64,000 bases of DNA from Eledone cirrhosa (lineage: Eukaryota): NCBI GenBank assembly GCA_964016885.1, contig OZ024740.1, positions 238,576,001-238,640,000 of the forward strand, written 5' to 3'. Each line of letters opens with the position of its first letter. Position 1 is the stretch's first letter. The position numbers were made by a program, and so were the translations under genes. The notes below the pieces were generated by a model. It ran no database searches. It was not told the origin of the DNA and was given only the letters and a program-made list of their open reading frames with translations. Below, one piece after another: positions 38,721 to 52,125 of the stretch.

Positions 38721-39530
38721 AAAACCACAACATTTGCAAAGATCAGAAGCGTAAGTACCTTACATAAAAGCAAGTAAGGACTGGCATAAAAAGAAAGAGG
38801 CATCCAGCCAATAGCCTCAAGAATCTCATCCAACTGATGCTAGCATGAAAAATCGCATACAAAAATGACGATGATAGTGAGGATGATTATATATATATGT
38901 ATATATATAATCTCTCTCAATATAAATATATATATATATGCATGGCAATATATTCCTGGGTAGACCTGTCCACTGCATGCTAACTTTGTAAAACAGACAC
39001 AATTATTAGTAATCAACAACATACATACAAAAGGCACTGGAGTTCCTCTCTAATAATTTTTTAAGTAAGCCAGCACACTCACAACATTGCCGTGAGTGAT
39101 AATGAGGCTACGAAGCTGGAATAACCCAGCACCCTCACAGGCATCACTTGCTAAATTGGTAAGGTGAGCCTCTAACAATGACAAGAACTTTGTTGTCAGT
39201 GGTCCAGCTTCCTCAAACCTCTCAAGCACCTGATTATCAATTTGCAGTGTCTTCTTGGTAACCCAGCAGAAAAATATCTGTTTTACCATATGAGGCTTAA
39301 CTGCAGTTGAAGAAAGGCTTAAAGGGACTTAAAAGATATTATTCACCAAGAATGTGATATATGTCACATTAAAGACTCAATCTTCACCATGTTAATATCA
39401 AATATTACAGCTTTAAATCACAAGTTCTATTTCCTATGAAGTAATAGAGCTATTGCAATTTTTATCAGTAAATATGAAAACAAGCCACTCAAATTAGCAT
39501 TTGTGACTTTCAAAAATATATTAATCTAAT

Positions 39531-39748
39531 GGTTTCTGATTTAAGCACAAGGCCAATAATTTTAAAGAGAGGGCAAAATCTTTTCAATCGACCCCATTGC
39601 ATTACTGGTGCTTTATTTTATTGCTACCGTAAGGATGAAGGGCAAAGCTAACCTCGATGGGATTTGGACTCAGAACTTAAAGGGCTGTAACTCTATGCTG
39701 AAAAGCATGTTGTCCGACACCCTACCCATACTACCAATCCACCGCCCT
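39531..39748 (-). mobile_element. SINE family A copy
   Basis: Ends in ccaatccaccgccc (reverse complement of the head). Confidence 0.75.
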
Positions 39749-41823
39749 TGGCAAATATGTTAATATAATAAACTCAAATATTAAACAACTAACTAATTCA
39801 CAAGACAGGAATAAAAATAGGAATAAAGCCTGCAATATGTCTTAGAAGCTACACAACTCTAAATATAACTGAAAATTAATTTGTGCTCCCACAAAATAAA
39901 AAGAAAACTTTAAAGATCCAGGTGTAATTTATTGAGATAAAAAAAAAAAGAGCAATATAATCAATCTTTTAATAGTTATATTTTTGGTGGGTGGGGGCCT
40001 GAAATTGCAGAAAACTAAGGAAGACATAGGCAGAAGTGGTGAAAGCTGATCTCAGAGATGGTGAGCCACTTAAAGGAGATGACAAATGAATGCAAGAAAT
40101 GGTATAGCACAGTTTTGAAGAGATACAGTCCAACTAGTGCAAGCATGAAAAGGCTGATGTAAAAATGACGATGAAAATTTTCAATTGAAGAATTAATTCT
40201 ATATTATCTGTGTATGTGACATGTGTGCATGTGTAGGTAAGAATGCTATTAAATCCATATCATGGTTTCGTGTAGGTGTGGACACTAGCAATCCTCAGTG
40301 GATATCTATGTGAAGCCATGGAAGAGATCTAATTCAACAATTACTTACACATACAGACTGCCCTTTTCTTCAAGTTTATATTGGGTAATTGAATGTTTAC
40401 ACAATTAAACCAAAACACATAAAATGTATGAGAGGGAGGGGCAGAAGAAAAAAAAGAGCTTAAAACAAGGATCAAAATAACTAACTGATATACAGAGTAA
40501 AGAAGGGATTGCACTGACATTTGGTTGCTAATTCTAGCAACTATGTATTAATACAACAAAAATATGAGAAAGAATACTCAATCATTATTACACCAATGAT
40601 ATAAGCCTGAATAGTGTGGGAGAATACTCTCTTTGCATACAAAACCCCATGGTTCTAGCAAACAGAATGAAGAAAGAGTTGTACTTGAGGATAACAAGTA
40701 AAGTATATATTAAAAGTTTATATTACAAGATAAAATTATAAGAAGCTAAACCTGATACATTATTTTATAGGCTTTGTTGACAATTATTAAAGCTAGTGTT
40801 TAAATATATTTATAAAAAAAACAACAAAACAGAACATAAAATAAATATTGAATACATACATCACTGGAAGTCTAATTAAATATATGGTGATGCGAAGTCT
40901 ATTAACTTATTCCTGGTGTCTATGTTACCATTATATATATATATATATCTTTGGAACATTCACACTCAGCAGCAACTAACATTCAAGTGTAATTAAGGCT
41001 ATGGTTAAAAACAGAAAAACATATGATGCATGATATTTCAACTACCTAATTATATACAGACAACACTGATATAAACAGTAAAATACAGAACTTAATCTGT
41101 ATTTAGTTCAGCAGAATAAAAGTAATTAAAAGAACTTTTAATCTAAAAATATATTCATTTTTCTTGCTACAATAACAATTTAAAAAAATCTGTTCAATAT
41201 GTTTTTGTGATAAAACTATACACATTGATGTCTACATGGTTATTGTTATGTATTAAAAAATATTTGATTAAATACATTGATGTTTATTACAATAAAGAAA
41301 TGTGTATAATACTAACTGATGGATTGTGCAGTTTTAAAGAGTGTAACTAAAGCTGTTGAATAAGTGATAAAGATGACAGGGACAGGGAAAAACAAATTAT
41401 TGGTGTGATTAGTCATGAGGAAAATGAAAAAAAGATGATTATTAGATAAGAACAAACAAACAATAGCAACAATAGTTTGGAAAGGTGGAAATACAATTTT
41501 AAAGAATAGACAAATAATGACTAACTATTGAGAGAAATCTCTAGAGAAAAAGAGAATGGTAGAAAGATAAATGAAAGACAAAGAAAAGAGAGAGATATGA
41601 AAAAGGCTAATGAAGTAATTTTTGATAGAATTATATCTTAAACAAGATGACACTTTAGAAAACAATATGGCATGCAATCATATTTAGCAATACATTTAAC
41701 CTGATCCCATACATCAGAGCTCTCTCTCACTCTCTGTATATATATCATCATCATCATCATTTTACGTCCGCTTTTGAGTAAGTACTTTTTTTAATTGTGG
41801 TCACCTCCTGATATACACCGGGA

Positions 41824-42191
41824 ATCATCATAATTTTTCGTCCGCTTTCCCCTGCTTGCAAGGGTGGGACGGGAACTGATTCTGGCTTGATTTCTACAGC
41901 TGGATGCCATTCCTAACACCAACCTCATTTACAGTGAGTGCTGGGTGCTTTTATTTCCGTGGCGCCTACACGTCCACTTTACAGTGTGGGCTGGGTGCTT
42001 TTTTGCTGTGGCACCTCCACGGCCACTTTGCAGTGGAATGATAGGGACCCCAGTCCCTATCATCTCATTTCTACAGTTGAGTAAACTGGAGCAATGTAAA
42101 ATAAAGTGTCTTGCTCAAGGAAACAACACATCACCCGGTCTGAGAATTGAACTCACAACCTTTCGATTGCAAGGCCAATGCTCTAACCACT
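41824..42191 (-). mobile_element. SINE family B (tRNA head plus RTE tail)
   Basis: Same structure as 15262-15697. Confidence 0.82.
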
Positions 42192-42306
42192 ACCTCCATT
42201 ATATATATATATATATATATATATTTGTATGCAGTTGATGGTTGGAAGAAAAGAGTACTCAATATTGAAGTAGAGTTTAACTATTCATATTAAGCCTAAT
42301 AATGAG

Positions 42307-42356
42307 TCTTGTTACTCTGGAGTTTCACCTGTTTGTCACAGGGTCATCAGACAAGA
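42307..42356 (-). ncRNA. Type I hammerhead ribozyme motif (sense to USO1 pre-mRNA)
   Basis: Minus strand: TCTTGT-CTGATGA-cCCTGT(gacaa)ACAGGt-GAAA-CTC(ca)GAG-TA-ACAAGA. Confidence 0.7.
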
Positions 42357-43113
42357 ATTCTTGTCTGATATATATATTTATAAACACATATACATATATA
42401 TAATATTTGTATTTCCACTCATGTTGTTTTGGATCAGAGGTCAACTTAGCAAATTATTATTGCTGGGAAAGCTGCAAATCAAAAAGCAGAAGAATGGAGA
42501 ATCAGGCCAAATTTGGTGATATGAAATTGTGATATGGTTATCAATATGAATATTTTAATGCTATCATGGAAGTTAGAATCTGCAGAGTGTATAACTAATA
42601 AATGTTTATTGAAACACAGTTTGTATGGATGAGACCAGGAAGTAATAGCAGAGAAGATAGAAAGAAAGATGAGAAATAAAGATATTACCAAAATTTAAAA
42701 CCATTATATATCATGACAATGAAATTTCCTCTCACTGGTGTGATATATTAACTGCACAAAACATGAAACAGTGCTGTGCACAGGGTGTACAGTTAATTTA
42801 TCGGTAGTTAGCCCAATATTACCAAAATACCCTATGTATACATGTAGTGTGCTAGTGAAGCTTGTCAGAATTTGGTAGGAAAGGAAGTTGGTACAGACAG
42901 ACACATACATGGGGAAAGAGACAAGAGTAGCCACATGCATCATGACCAAGTAGAGTCTCAGGAAATTGAAGAGAGACAAAGAGTGTGTCCTTGTGATAAT
43001 AAAAGAAAGCAAGCAAGTAGCTGCAGACAGGTGACAAGTGGTTTTTAGGGAGGGATCACCAGTTAGCTTTAAATATATTCCTTATGAATTATCAAAATGC
43101 TGGGAATGTTTAA

Positions 43114-43264
43114 AATTTGAAATATGAGGGTTTCAAATGCATAAAATAACCATAATAATAGGTTGATCGTTATAGATAATTGAGAAAATTATCTCAAATA
43201 TTATCTAAAGTGATCAACTGTTATTAGTTATTTTCTGCATTTGAAACCCTAATATTTTCAAATT
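43114..43264. repeat. ~150-bp imperfect palindrome (hairpin with ~70-bp arms)
   Basis: gggtttcaaatgca.aaaataac pairs with gttatttt.tgcatttgaaaccc, and similarity continues to the loop. Confidence 0.8.
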
Positions 43265-46200
43265 CCATAAATTATATTTACATAAGAACAATTAAATAAA
43301 TTAAGAAAATTCTTCATTAACTAAGACATTTGAATCAAGTTGAAAATCTAACAGGTAATACAAAAAAATTACAATTGCTAATAAGTATTAAGAGGAATCT
43401 GTAAAACTACATCTAAAAAAATAAAATTCAACTGTTTTGTTTAAAGAATTCTTTGCTGCAGTTGAGTTTAGACAGACAGAAAGAAAATTACATCACTTCA
43501 AAATATGAAACAGTCTAAGTTGGAGGTCTCTCAAGTCTGAGTTTTTTCTGAACTGAGATTATTTCTTCACTTTAGTTTGGAATAGATTAGATAACTTAAT
43601 TTTTTGAAATATGTGAGCATGTATCAAACTGTGTTATAATATACCTGTTGAAGGAGAACAAGTGATAGCTGTCATATTCACATATGTAATCAGTTGCTTG
43701 TTGGGAGTTGAAGAGAAGCCTTAAAGATTAATTATATTAGTTCTGACTTAGTTTAACTGTACATGTGTGTTGTATTAATTTTGTGTGGTACACATATTGG
43801 TACAGTTAAGTGTTTGATCTCACTGAGCAGCATCTTGGGCAAATGTCTTGTGAGAGAAATTTGGTTGATGGAAACTACATAAAAATCCATCATACATGTA
43901 TGTGTATAAATATGTAAGGTGGTTGGTAATAGTACTGGAACTCTGCTGTAGAAACCATGGCAAAAAAAGGTTGGGAGGACTCTTTAGCTGTGCCAGGGGT
44001 ACAACATCCTCTCTAGTTTTGGTTGTCTACACATTAAATGCACTCAGTACACTCTGTAAACTGGTTGGTGATAGGAAAAGCATCCAACCATAGAAAACTT
44101 GCCAAACAAAGAATCAGGATGACTCTACAGTTGTATCATATACCTAACAATCTCCCTAATGCTGGTGATTTGCCCAATAAGCACACACAGTACACTCTGT
44201 AAAGCAATAGAAAATTTGCCAAACAATGAGTCAGGAGGACATGACAACATCCATAGTATTGGTGATCCACACAATAAACGATAACTTAGTACACTTCTGT
44301 AAAGTGGTTGGTGGTAAGAAGGGTTTCCAGCAGTAGAAAACCTGCCAAACAAAGGGTCAGAAAGACTCTTCAGGTGTGTGAAGGACAAGACATCTTCCTT
44401 AGTGTTAGTGCCATGATAAAATGCACACGGTCTGTGATGACAACTTTTGTTAACAAGGAAAACAGACATTAAACAATGATGGTGATGATGATAATTTCCA
44501 TGCTAGCATGACTTTGATAGGTTATCATGGTCTGAGACTAGATATGTTGGAAAGACCATGTCTTGCTCACACATTCCATATTTTGGCATGGTTTTAACAA
44601 CTAGATGTCCTGACAGTAGAAAGGGCATCTAGTTGTTAATCACCAATATTAGGAAGATTATGAAGGTGCGTGACTGAGTGGTTAGAGAATTGGATTTGCA
44701 ATCGTGAGGTTGTGATTTTGATTCCTGGACCAGATGATGTGTTATGTCTTTGAGCAAGACACATTATTTCACGTTGCTCCTTCTGCCTGGATTTGCAACT
44801 GACAGATAATATTAGCAATTGGAAAGACCAATGTAAACATTGTTTCCTCAATCTGATTTGACGAGCTCCACCGAACTCGGAATCTTGTTGATTGACTATC
44901 GACATATATATGTACATGATTGTATGTGTGTATCAGTGAGAAAGCTACTAATAAATGAGTACATCAAACAAAAATACTTTAGTCTGCTTGAGCTGATGCT
45001 ATCAGAAATGTAGTGACCAAATGATTGACCCACTGGAAACTTATAACCAATGATGCTATTAACAAAACCCACAATATAAAATAAATTAAAGATGTAGGTT
45101 ATATAGATAATAGTGTAGTTTCCACCAAAGTGGACACAGGTGGTCATAATTGCTAACCTTTATACTCTGTGCAGCTTAGTTATAATTGTCTAACAATTAT
45201 AACTCATCATTTTATGTTTTTTCCATGCTTGCATATGTTGGGGCAAGATATTAATGACCAATCCATATTTTATTATTTTTAAGTATGGTATATATCACTG
45301 ATATTCATCAAAATGCTATGCTGCAAGCTGCATTGTTTATGGAGGACATTAGCAAAGTCAACTCTTATAAACAACATCAATATGATGTTTTGTGAAGGCT
45401 GGTATACACATTTGCATTTATATACACATACACAACAGGCTTCCTACAGATTTTGCCAACCAGATTCATTCACAAAGCAAAGTTGGCCATAGGCAATAGT
45501 ACAAGACACTTGTCCAAGCTGTCTCATAGTGGAACTATGCACAAAATGACAGTTCCAAAATTAACTTCTTAACCATGCAACCATACCTGCACTGACTACA
45601 TTAATACACTTTAGAACTGTTTATACTCCCTAACTACCAATATGGCTTACTACTAGGTTTCTCAAAACCTACTGAATATTCTATTGATTGCATGCTCAAA
45701 GGTTCTAATCTCATTGTGCTGTACCCCAGAACAAGGTTTGCTCTCATTTACTTTACAAAGAAAACCAGATTAGCAGCAAAAATATTCAGCTAAATAAACA
45801 ATTGCTTCAATAAAAAAATCCACTCCATCTTTGTTACCATAGGAAAATGAGTGTAAAATATTAAAATGTTTGAGGAAAGAGTTGATGATGAGGACCAACT
45901 TGCACCAGTACCAGAAGCAGTTAGTATAATGGATGTTGAAAGGCCAGCAGAGATATTATAAGCAGCCTTAGGGTAAATAAAAATAAAACTAGATACTTTG
46001 ATATGTGAATGTTGTCTGTGATGAATGACATGACAGTAAAATTTTCCAAGCAGATGCAATAGAGAAGAGAAACTACAGAGAACTGTTCTTAGAGTGGAGA
46101 CATTCATTGCTAAATTAATATAGGGCAGGATTTAGGTGCCATGCAGTTTAGGCTTCTATTGATTCCAAGGTTGATGAAAAAACAACAAATATTTGCAGTG

Positions 46201-48911
46201 AAACAGTAACTAGAACTACTAAATAGAAATCTAAAAGGTTTGGAAGTGAAGATAGACCAACCAATAAGGTTTTAGAATTCAATACTATTGTCCTTGTTAT
46301 GCAACTAAAGTTTGTACAAGAAATATAGTAACACCAACTAACAATAGATTTAACGTCTAAAGTTGCAATTCTATCAAGAAGTAACATAATATTTAGAAGA
46401 CAAAATTCATATCTACTCTTGCGCTAATTGTATGTTATAATATATGAGACATGTACATACAAAGACATGTACATACAAAGAACATCTGATCTATCAAGAA
46501 TAGATAAAATTTAGAGAAAGGTCTGATATGATAAGGGAAGTGGCAAAACAAAATGAGTAAATTTTGTGGAATAATAGTAGATACCAATAATGGCAGAGAA
46601 CCAAGAATGTGGTAGTTCACAATCGAATAAAAGGTAAATAACTAATATCAGTGAGATCTAAACAATAAGAATACTCAGGGGGTAATCATATAAATAATGA
46701 GAAACAAATATGAAATATAAATGAGTATAGTGATTATTTATACATTTTAAGTAAATCCCATTCATGTGATAAGATGTATTAGCTACATGAAATTATCACA
46801 ATGTTTGAACAGCTAAAATTCAAGACTGCCCAATATGAAGTTTTACAGGTATTTTGCTTTAGTAAACTAAGAAAAACAAAGTTAAAATGCCACAAAAATG
46901 AAATGTCAAATGAATTATTTCTTATAAAGCTCAGTTCTTTATTTCAAATCAACATTTATTATTGCTTCTAAAAAGACAAAGATATTGCAGAAAGGCAAAT
47001 GCATTTAATGTTTAACTCTGTAGATTGGCTGATATATAAAATTAAAACACAGAATAAAATCTTTACCAAGTTTATAATAGTACAGAAACCCCCCTGAAAG
47101 CAATATGTGAGGTGAAGTTAAGGTTGGAACATCACATTTGTATCTGTTACTTGAATGGAAATATACTGTTTTCTTAGAATATTTATATTGTAATTACATA
47201 AAGATATTCTTGACAAAAAGTTACAAAATAAACTATGGAGAAACTAAAGTACTATCCTAAGAAACAAAATAACTGAAACTGTTAAATGTATACTATTGAA
47301 TTTTACAGAATTTATAGAACTCAAAGATGTTTTCTCTAAAATAAAATGTTTGATAAATATATTTTAAATATAGATTTTATAGTGATAATTTGATTTATAA
47401 TATGCCCTTTAAATTACCTTAAAGACATATCAAGTGGGAAGGAATATATTATCATCTAAAGTTCAAATATTATATTCAGTAAGTCTATTATTTATTTTAA
47501 AACAAATATCTTTGTTGACACAGGTGACTTGCTAGTATAAGGAGGTGGCTAAATGAACAAAAACTAAAAAAACAAAAATATGTGCAAGAAACGTTTGGAA
47601 ACAATGAATAATGGCAAAAGGAAATGTCAAAAAGATGAAAGTTGTGTGTTGAAGGGAACACATAAGTTTAAAAAGAAAACAACTGTTGCATTCTTCTTTA
47701 GTTGATGATAACGATCTTAAACAAAATTCTTTAATCCATTGTCCAAACATTTATCTGATATCCAAACAAAGAAATGTCAAGTTATCTAAACTAAATACAT
47801 TTGGTAAGAAATAGTCAGGTACTTAATGAATTATTACTAATTCAAACTCATTGTCATTATGAACAATTACAATTATTCTACATATGAAATATCACTTATA
47901 TTGCATACATTTATTCTAAGAGTGAAAAAACAGGCTATCTAACTGTAAGCACATTCACTATTCTATTTTCGCAAGTGAATTCAAGTTTATTGCTATGAGA
48001 AATTAGTTCAATATATCTTTAAGGAAAATACATTATTCTTTATTATTTGAAGTAAGTCTTTAAATCTATCAGCTGGCGTGTTTGTAGGATGAAATCAATT
48101 GATTAAATTATCTTTACTCTTGTCACTGTACACATGAGGCATGTCTGTGAAATGATAATTATCTCAGGAACTCAGAAACAAATTATTCTTTCAGTCAATA
48201 ACTCAATGAAAACCTTGAAAATGTTGCTCAAGAAAAATTACAATAAAATATGTTAGCAATAGTTAGAATCTAATGCATTACTATTATGACAAGTGGATAT
48301 AAGTAAGAAAGAATGTTTTTACCAATTGTCAGTTATCAGAATCAACTATAGAGAAGAAAATACAACATAAAAAAATAAACAAACAACAAAAGAATGAAAC
48401 ATGCATGAATAAGATACAAAAGAAAATATATTAAGGAGTGAAAAAAAAGATGAGTATCATGCTTTATGTAACTTGAACAAACTGTAACTGATTGAATTAA
48501 ACAAAACTTTAAGGCAACTGAAATATAAATAGATAAGCCAGCCATGTTTGGTAATATTATACAGCTCAAACAGTATCTACAGTAAGATAATATACACAGC
48601 ATGAACTGTATAGATTTGTTGGGAAAATGTTTTACAATTGGTACTTCTTTCTATTAATTTATTTTTAACTAGATAGACTATAAAAAACACTTCTTTGTCA
48701 GTCGTAAGTTTTAACTCAAGTAGTCTAGCCCTAACCACTTATCTACAATCAATATTCCTAATATAAGAGTATGACAGCATACATTGCTAAAAAGCATTGT
48801 TAAATTCCTTCAGTACATCATGTTCAACTAGAGAAAGCAGGATAAAAAGATTTACCAAAGTTCTGACTTAACAGCAACTGCTATAAGCAGATATACATTT
48901 AGCACACTCAC

Positions 48912-49096
48912 TTGAAACATAAGATGGATGTTGGTAACTTTCTGGGCTGACCAACCAGCTGACTGAGAAGAAGACTCAAGTTGAAAATAAGGAGTCAGTT
49001 TTTGAATGTAACTTCCTTCTTTAAAAAAATTCTGGTTTGATGTATTAGTCTTCATTAAGTTCAGCATCAATAACAGGCAATCTTCCACAACAATAC
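48912..49096 (-). CDS. USO1: USO1 exon E6: GIVVEDCLLLMLNLMKTNTSNQNFFKEGSYIQKL...GWSAQKVTNIHLMFQ
   Basis: tttcag| and |gtgagt, 185 nt; ORF 48852..49088. Confidence 0.96.
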
Positions 49097-49230
49097 CTGA
49101 AATTAATAGAATGGTAAACAGCAGTCTAAATTAACAGAATGTTGTAAAAAGTAAATGGTAGTTGATTACTATTTATAGGCTGTTCCAAGAGGGTGTAAGT
49201 TGATATGGAGGTAAATATACCTGCACACAC

Positions 49231-49308
49231 CTCCTTTTTCTTTGATGATATCCAACAATCTCTCAAATGCATTCTCAAAAGCAACAATCTTATGAATATT
49301 TGCATTAC
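49231..49308 (-). pseudogene. Intronic partial duplicate of exon E5 (GNANIHKIVAFENAFERLLDIIKEKG)
   Basis: Near-identical to 49612-49701 with a few substitutions and a 12-nt deletion; keeps a donor-like |gtgtgtgc. Confidence 0.85.
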
Positions 49309-49611
49309 CTTCAGTTTTAAGTAATTTCAAGTTTCATATCATTATAATGCTTTCAAAATTGCCTCATAATTCTATTCACACACAGTCATCCTTTCTTGAA
49401 CACATTGGATTTGCTTTATGCAAGCTGAGGTTTCTATTACAACCACATAGTTAAATATAATGCCACCATGAAGATAACAAAATATTACACCTTATAAAAC
49501 TATGATTTTATGGCTAATCTTATTTTTAAATGAAATAAAATATTTAAGAAGATATAATCAGTGAGGAGAAATACAATATATGGGTAGAACACAGAAGAGT
49601 TTAGCACATAC

Positions 49612-49732
49612 CTCCATCACTATTTCCTTCTTCTTTGATGATATCCAGCAATCTCTCAAATGCATTCTCAAAAGCAACAATCTTCTGAATATTTGCATTA
49701 CCTTTAGTGAGCTGGATTAGTAAAAGCAGTGC
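49612..49732 (-). CDS. USO1: USO1 exon E5: ALLLLIQLTKGNANIQKIVAFENAFERLLDIIKEEGNSDG
   Basis: aacag| and |gtatgt, 121 nt. Confidence 0.96.
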
Positions 49733-51570
49733 CTGTTGACAGAAGACAGTTTGACAAAATTATTGTACAACTTTTCTAAATGGAACAAGAAATTTTTATT
49801 AAAGATACAGAAATTGGAAGAAATGCCTTTCTACTGTTTAAATTCAATCAATTAATATTTAAGCAGAATATGATTTTCTGACCTAACATCTTTGTTATTT
49901 ATGTCCGATATTTTAATTAACTTTTCCCAAGCCCGTGTCTATCAAGGTCTATATTTGAATACAAACCAAACATTAGCAGTACTTTTCATCCAACACACAA
50001 TAATTCTCATTATCAGAACAGATTAATGTATTTATTTCTCTAATAAGATCATCCTTATCGTTATCATTGTTTAACACCCACTTTTCCATGCTCGCACAAT
50101 TTGGATTGCTCATCACAAACCAAGTCTGCACTCAAAGCCACTAATCTCACAGATGAGTCAGGGGCTGTTATCTTATTCACATACATTCCTATACTTTACA
50201 GAGTGTACTGTGTGCATTCTAGTGTCACACCAGGGCTAGGGAACTTGTCATGCCTTTGACACAAACTGAAGAGTCCTGAGGGCACAGTAAATGTTTAGCA
50301 TGTTAGTGGTTATTGGAAACCATTCAGTGTTTCTTCTCCAGCTATATTTTGGTTTGTCCTCATTAATAAACCCTTTAGTGAGAGTCTATCATCTATCTTT
50401 CTTCAGGTTCCAATACTTCTATTGTATACAAATAGGTGAAGCTAATCTAATGTGTGCATTTAAAGAATCAGATATCCAGAAATTATAGACCATAGTATAC
50501 ACAGACACACAGAGAGTAACTCATCAATCACTATTTATCTTGAGGGCAGCATCACACTATAACAATTTAGCACTCATATGTCTGTCCATCCATCTATTCT
50601 TATTCTTATATTTTCCCCCAAAAATGTTTTTTTTTTTTTTTTGTAAAGTAATGCTTTAAACCAATCCAATAATTTGTGTTGATAATAAAACATGTCTGAG
50701 CAGTTAAGAAGTTTGGTTTGCAACCATGTGGTTTCAGGTACTATCCCATTGCATAACACCTTATCTACTATAGTCTTGTGAATGAATTTGGCAAAAAGAA
50801 ACTCTAAAAGGACCCCATTGTGCATATATATATATAATCCTCCTCATCTTTTTTACATCTTTCAAAATAATGATATATATAACAAAGAAGGTGTGGTAAG
50901 ATACCAGGTGGACCATAACACACCAGAGTACTCGATACTTAGGGTAGCAGAGTGGGTAATAGGAAAAGAGTCAGGACCCCGACGGCTGAGCTCCGGCCAT
51001 TTTTAGACAGCTAGATCCGAACTGTTTGATTCTAGCTGTATATATATATATATATATGCATGATGGGGTTTTGTATGTGTGTGTCTGTTTACGGACAACA
51101 CTTTATTATGAACAACATTTAAAGAAGCCAATGACATTTGCATATGTCCCACATATACAATAGATTCTGTACTATAGCTTTTTGACAAAGCGGCCTATAC
51201 CATGCATATGACGATACTATAGGTTGGCATCAGGTAGGGCATCTAGCTAAAGAAAAATTGCCTAAAAAAAGTTTCATCTAATCCATGTCAGCATAGAAAA
51301 ACATGTAAAAATGAATGATACACAGTTCTCCCAATAAGTCTGCTACTATCTGACTTCAGTAATAGAGAAGTAGGAGATCAATATGTTAGCTTAGCTAATC
51401 CCATCTATATGCTAGCTAAGCTAATCTCATCTAACCTGTTCCTACTATAACACTACAAATGATAAAATCATAAATCACAGAAGGGAATAGTCATGTATAT
51501 TATTCAAATACAAAAGATACAAAAGATGAAAAAATAAAACTGAATAGCAAAGTTAATTAAAGAAACTTAC

Positions 51571-51729
51571 ATCATTCCTGATAATTTCTCGACTATCAGA
51601 CAAAAGATCCATCAATTTAGAAACTCCCATGGGACTTATCAAAATGATTTCTTGAATTTCCTTACTTTTGTTTATAAGCAAAATTGTCAATAACTTCACA
51701 ATTGGCCAACGGACATGAAAGTCATATTC
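51571..51729 (-). CDS. USO1: USO1 exon E4: EYDFHVRWPIVKLLTILLINKSKEIQEIILISPMGVSKLMDLLSDSREIIRND
   Basis: ttttag| and |gtaagt, 159 nt. Confidence 0.96.
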
Positions 51730-51849
51730 CTAAAATAAAATATATATATTACTTTACAGAAAATGTATGTAGAGTATAGTCATTGTTTACTCATTAGATA
51801 TTATAAAAAGAAAAACATATAGCAAAGAAGCATTTTTAAAAATATGCAT

Positions 51850-52125
51850 ATAGGTGCAGGCATGACTGTATGGTTAAGGAATTCTCTTCGCAACTACATG
51901 GTTCTGGGTTCAGTTTCACTAGTTGGTACCTTGGGCAAGTGTCTTCTACTAATGCCTTGTGAGAGTAATTTAGCAGACAGAAACAGCAGAAGTCCATCAT
52001 ATGTGAGTGTGTGTGTCTGCATTTATATCCCATAACTTAGAGGCTGATATGATTAACTAAATCTCTTCAAGGTTGTGTCCAGCATGGCCATAGTGAATGA
52101 CCGAAAACAGTAAAAGAATAAAAGA
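51850..52125 (+). mobile_element. tRNA-derived SINE family C (diverged copies ~45430-45590, ~50693-50830, ~61075-61205)
   Basis: ggtgcaggcatgactgtatggttaag...catggttctgggttcag...ccttgggcaagtgtcttctacta. Confidence 0.65.

Noticed and set aside
50880-51040. GC-richer island between (TA)n runs, possibly a Penelope terminal-repeat relic
   Set aside because: No intact ribozyme core or second copy in the window to support a call
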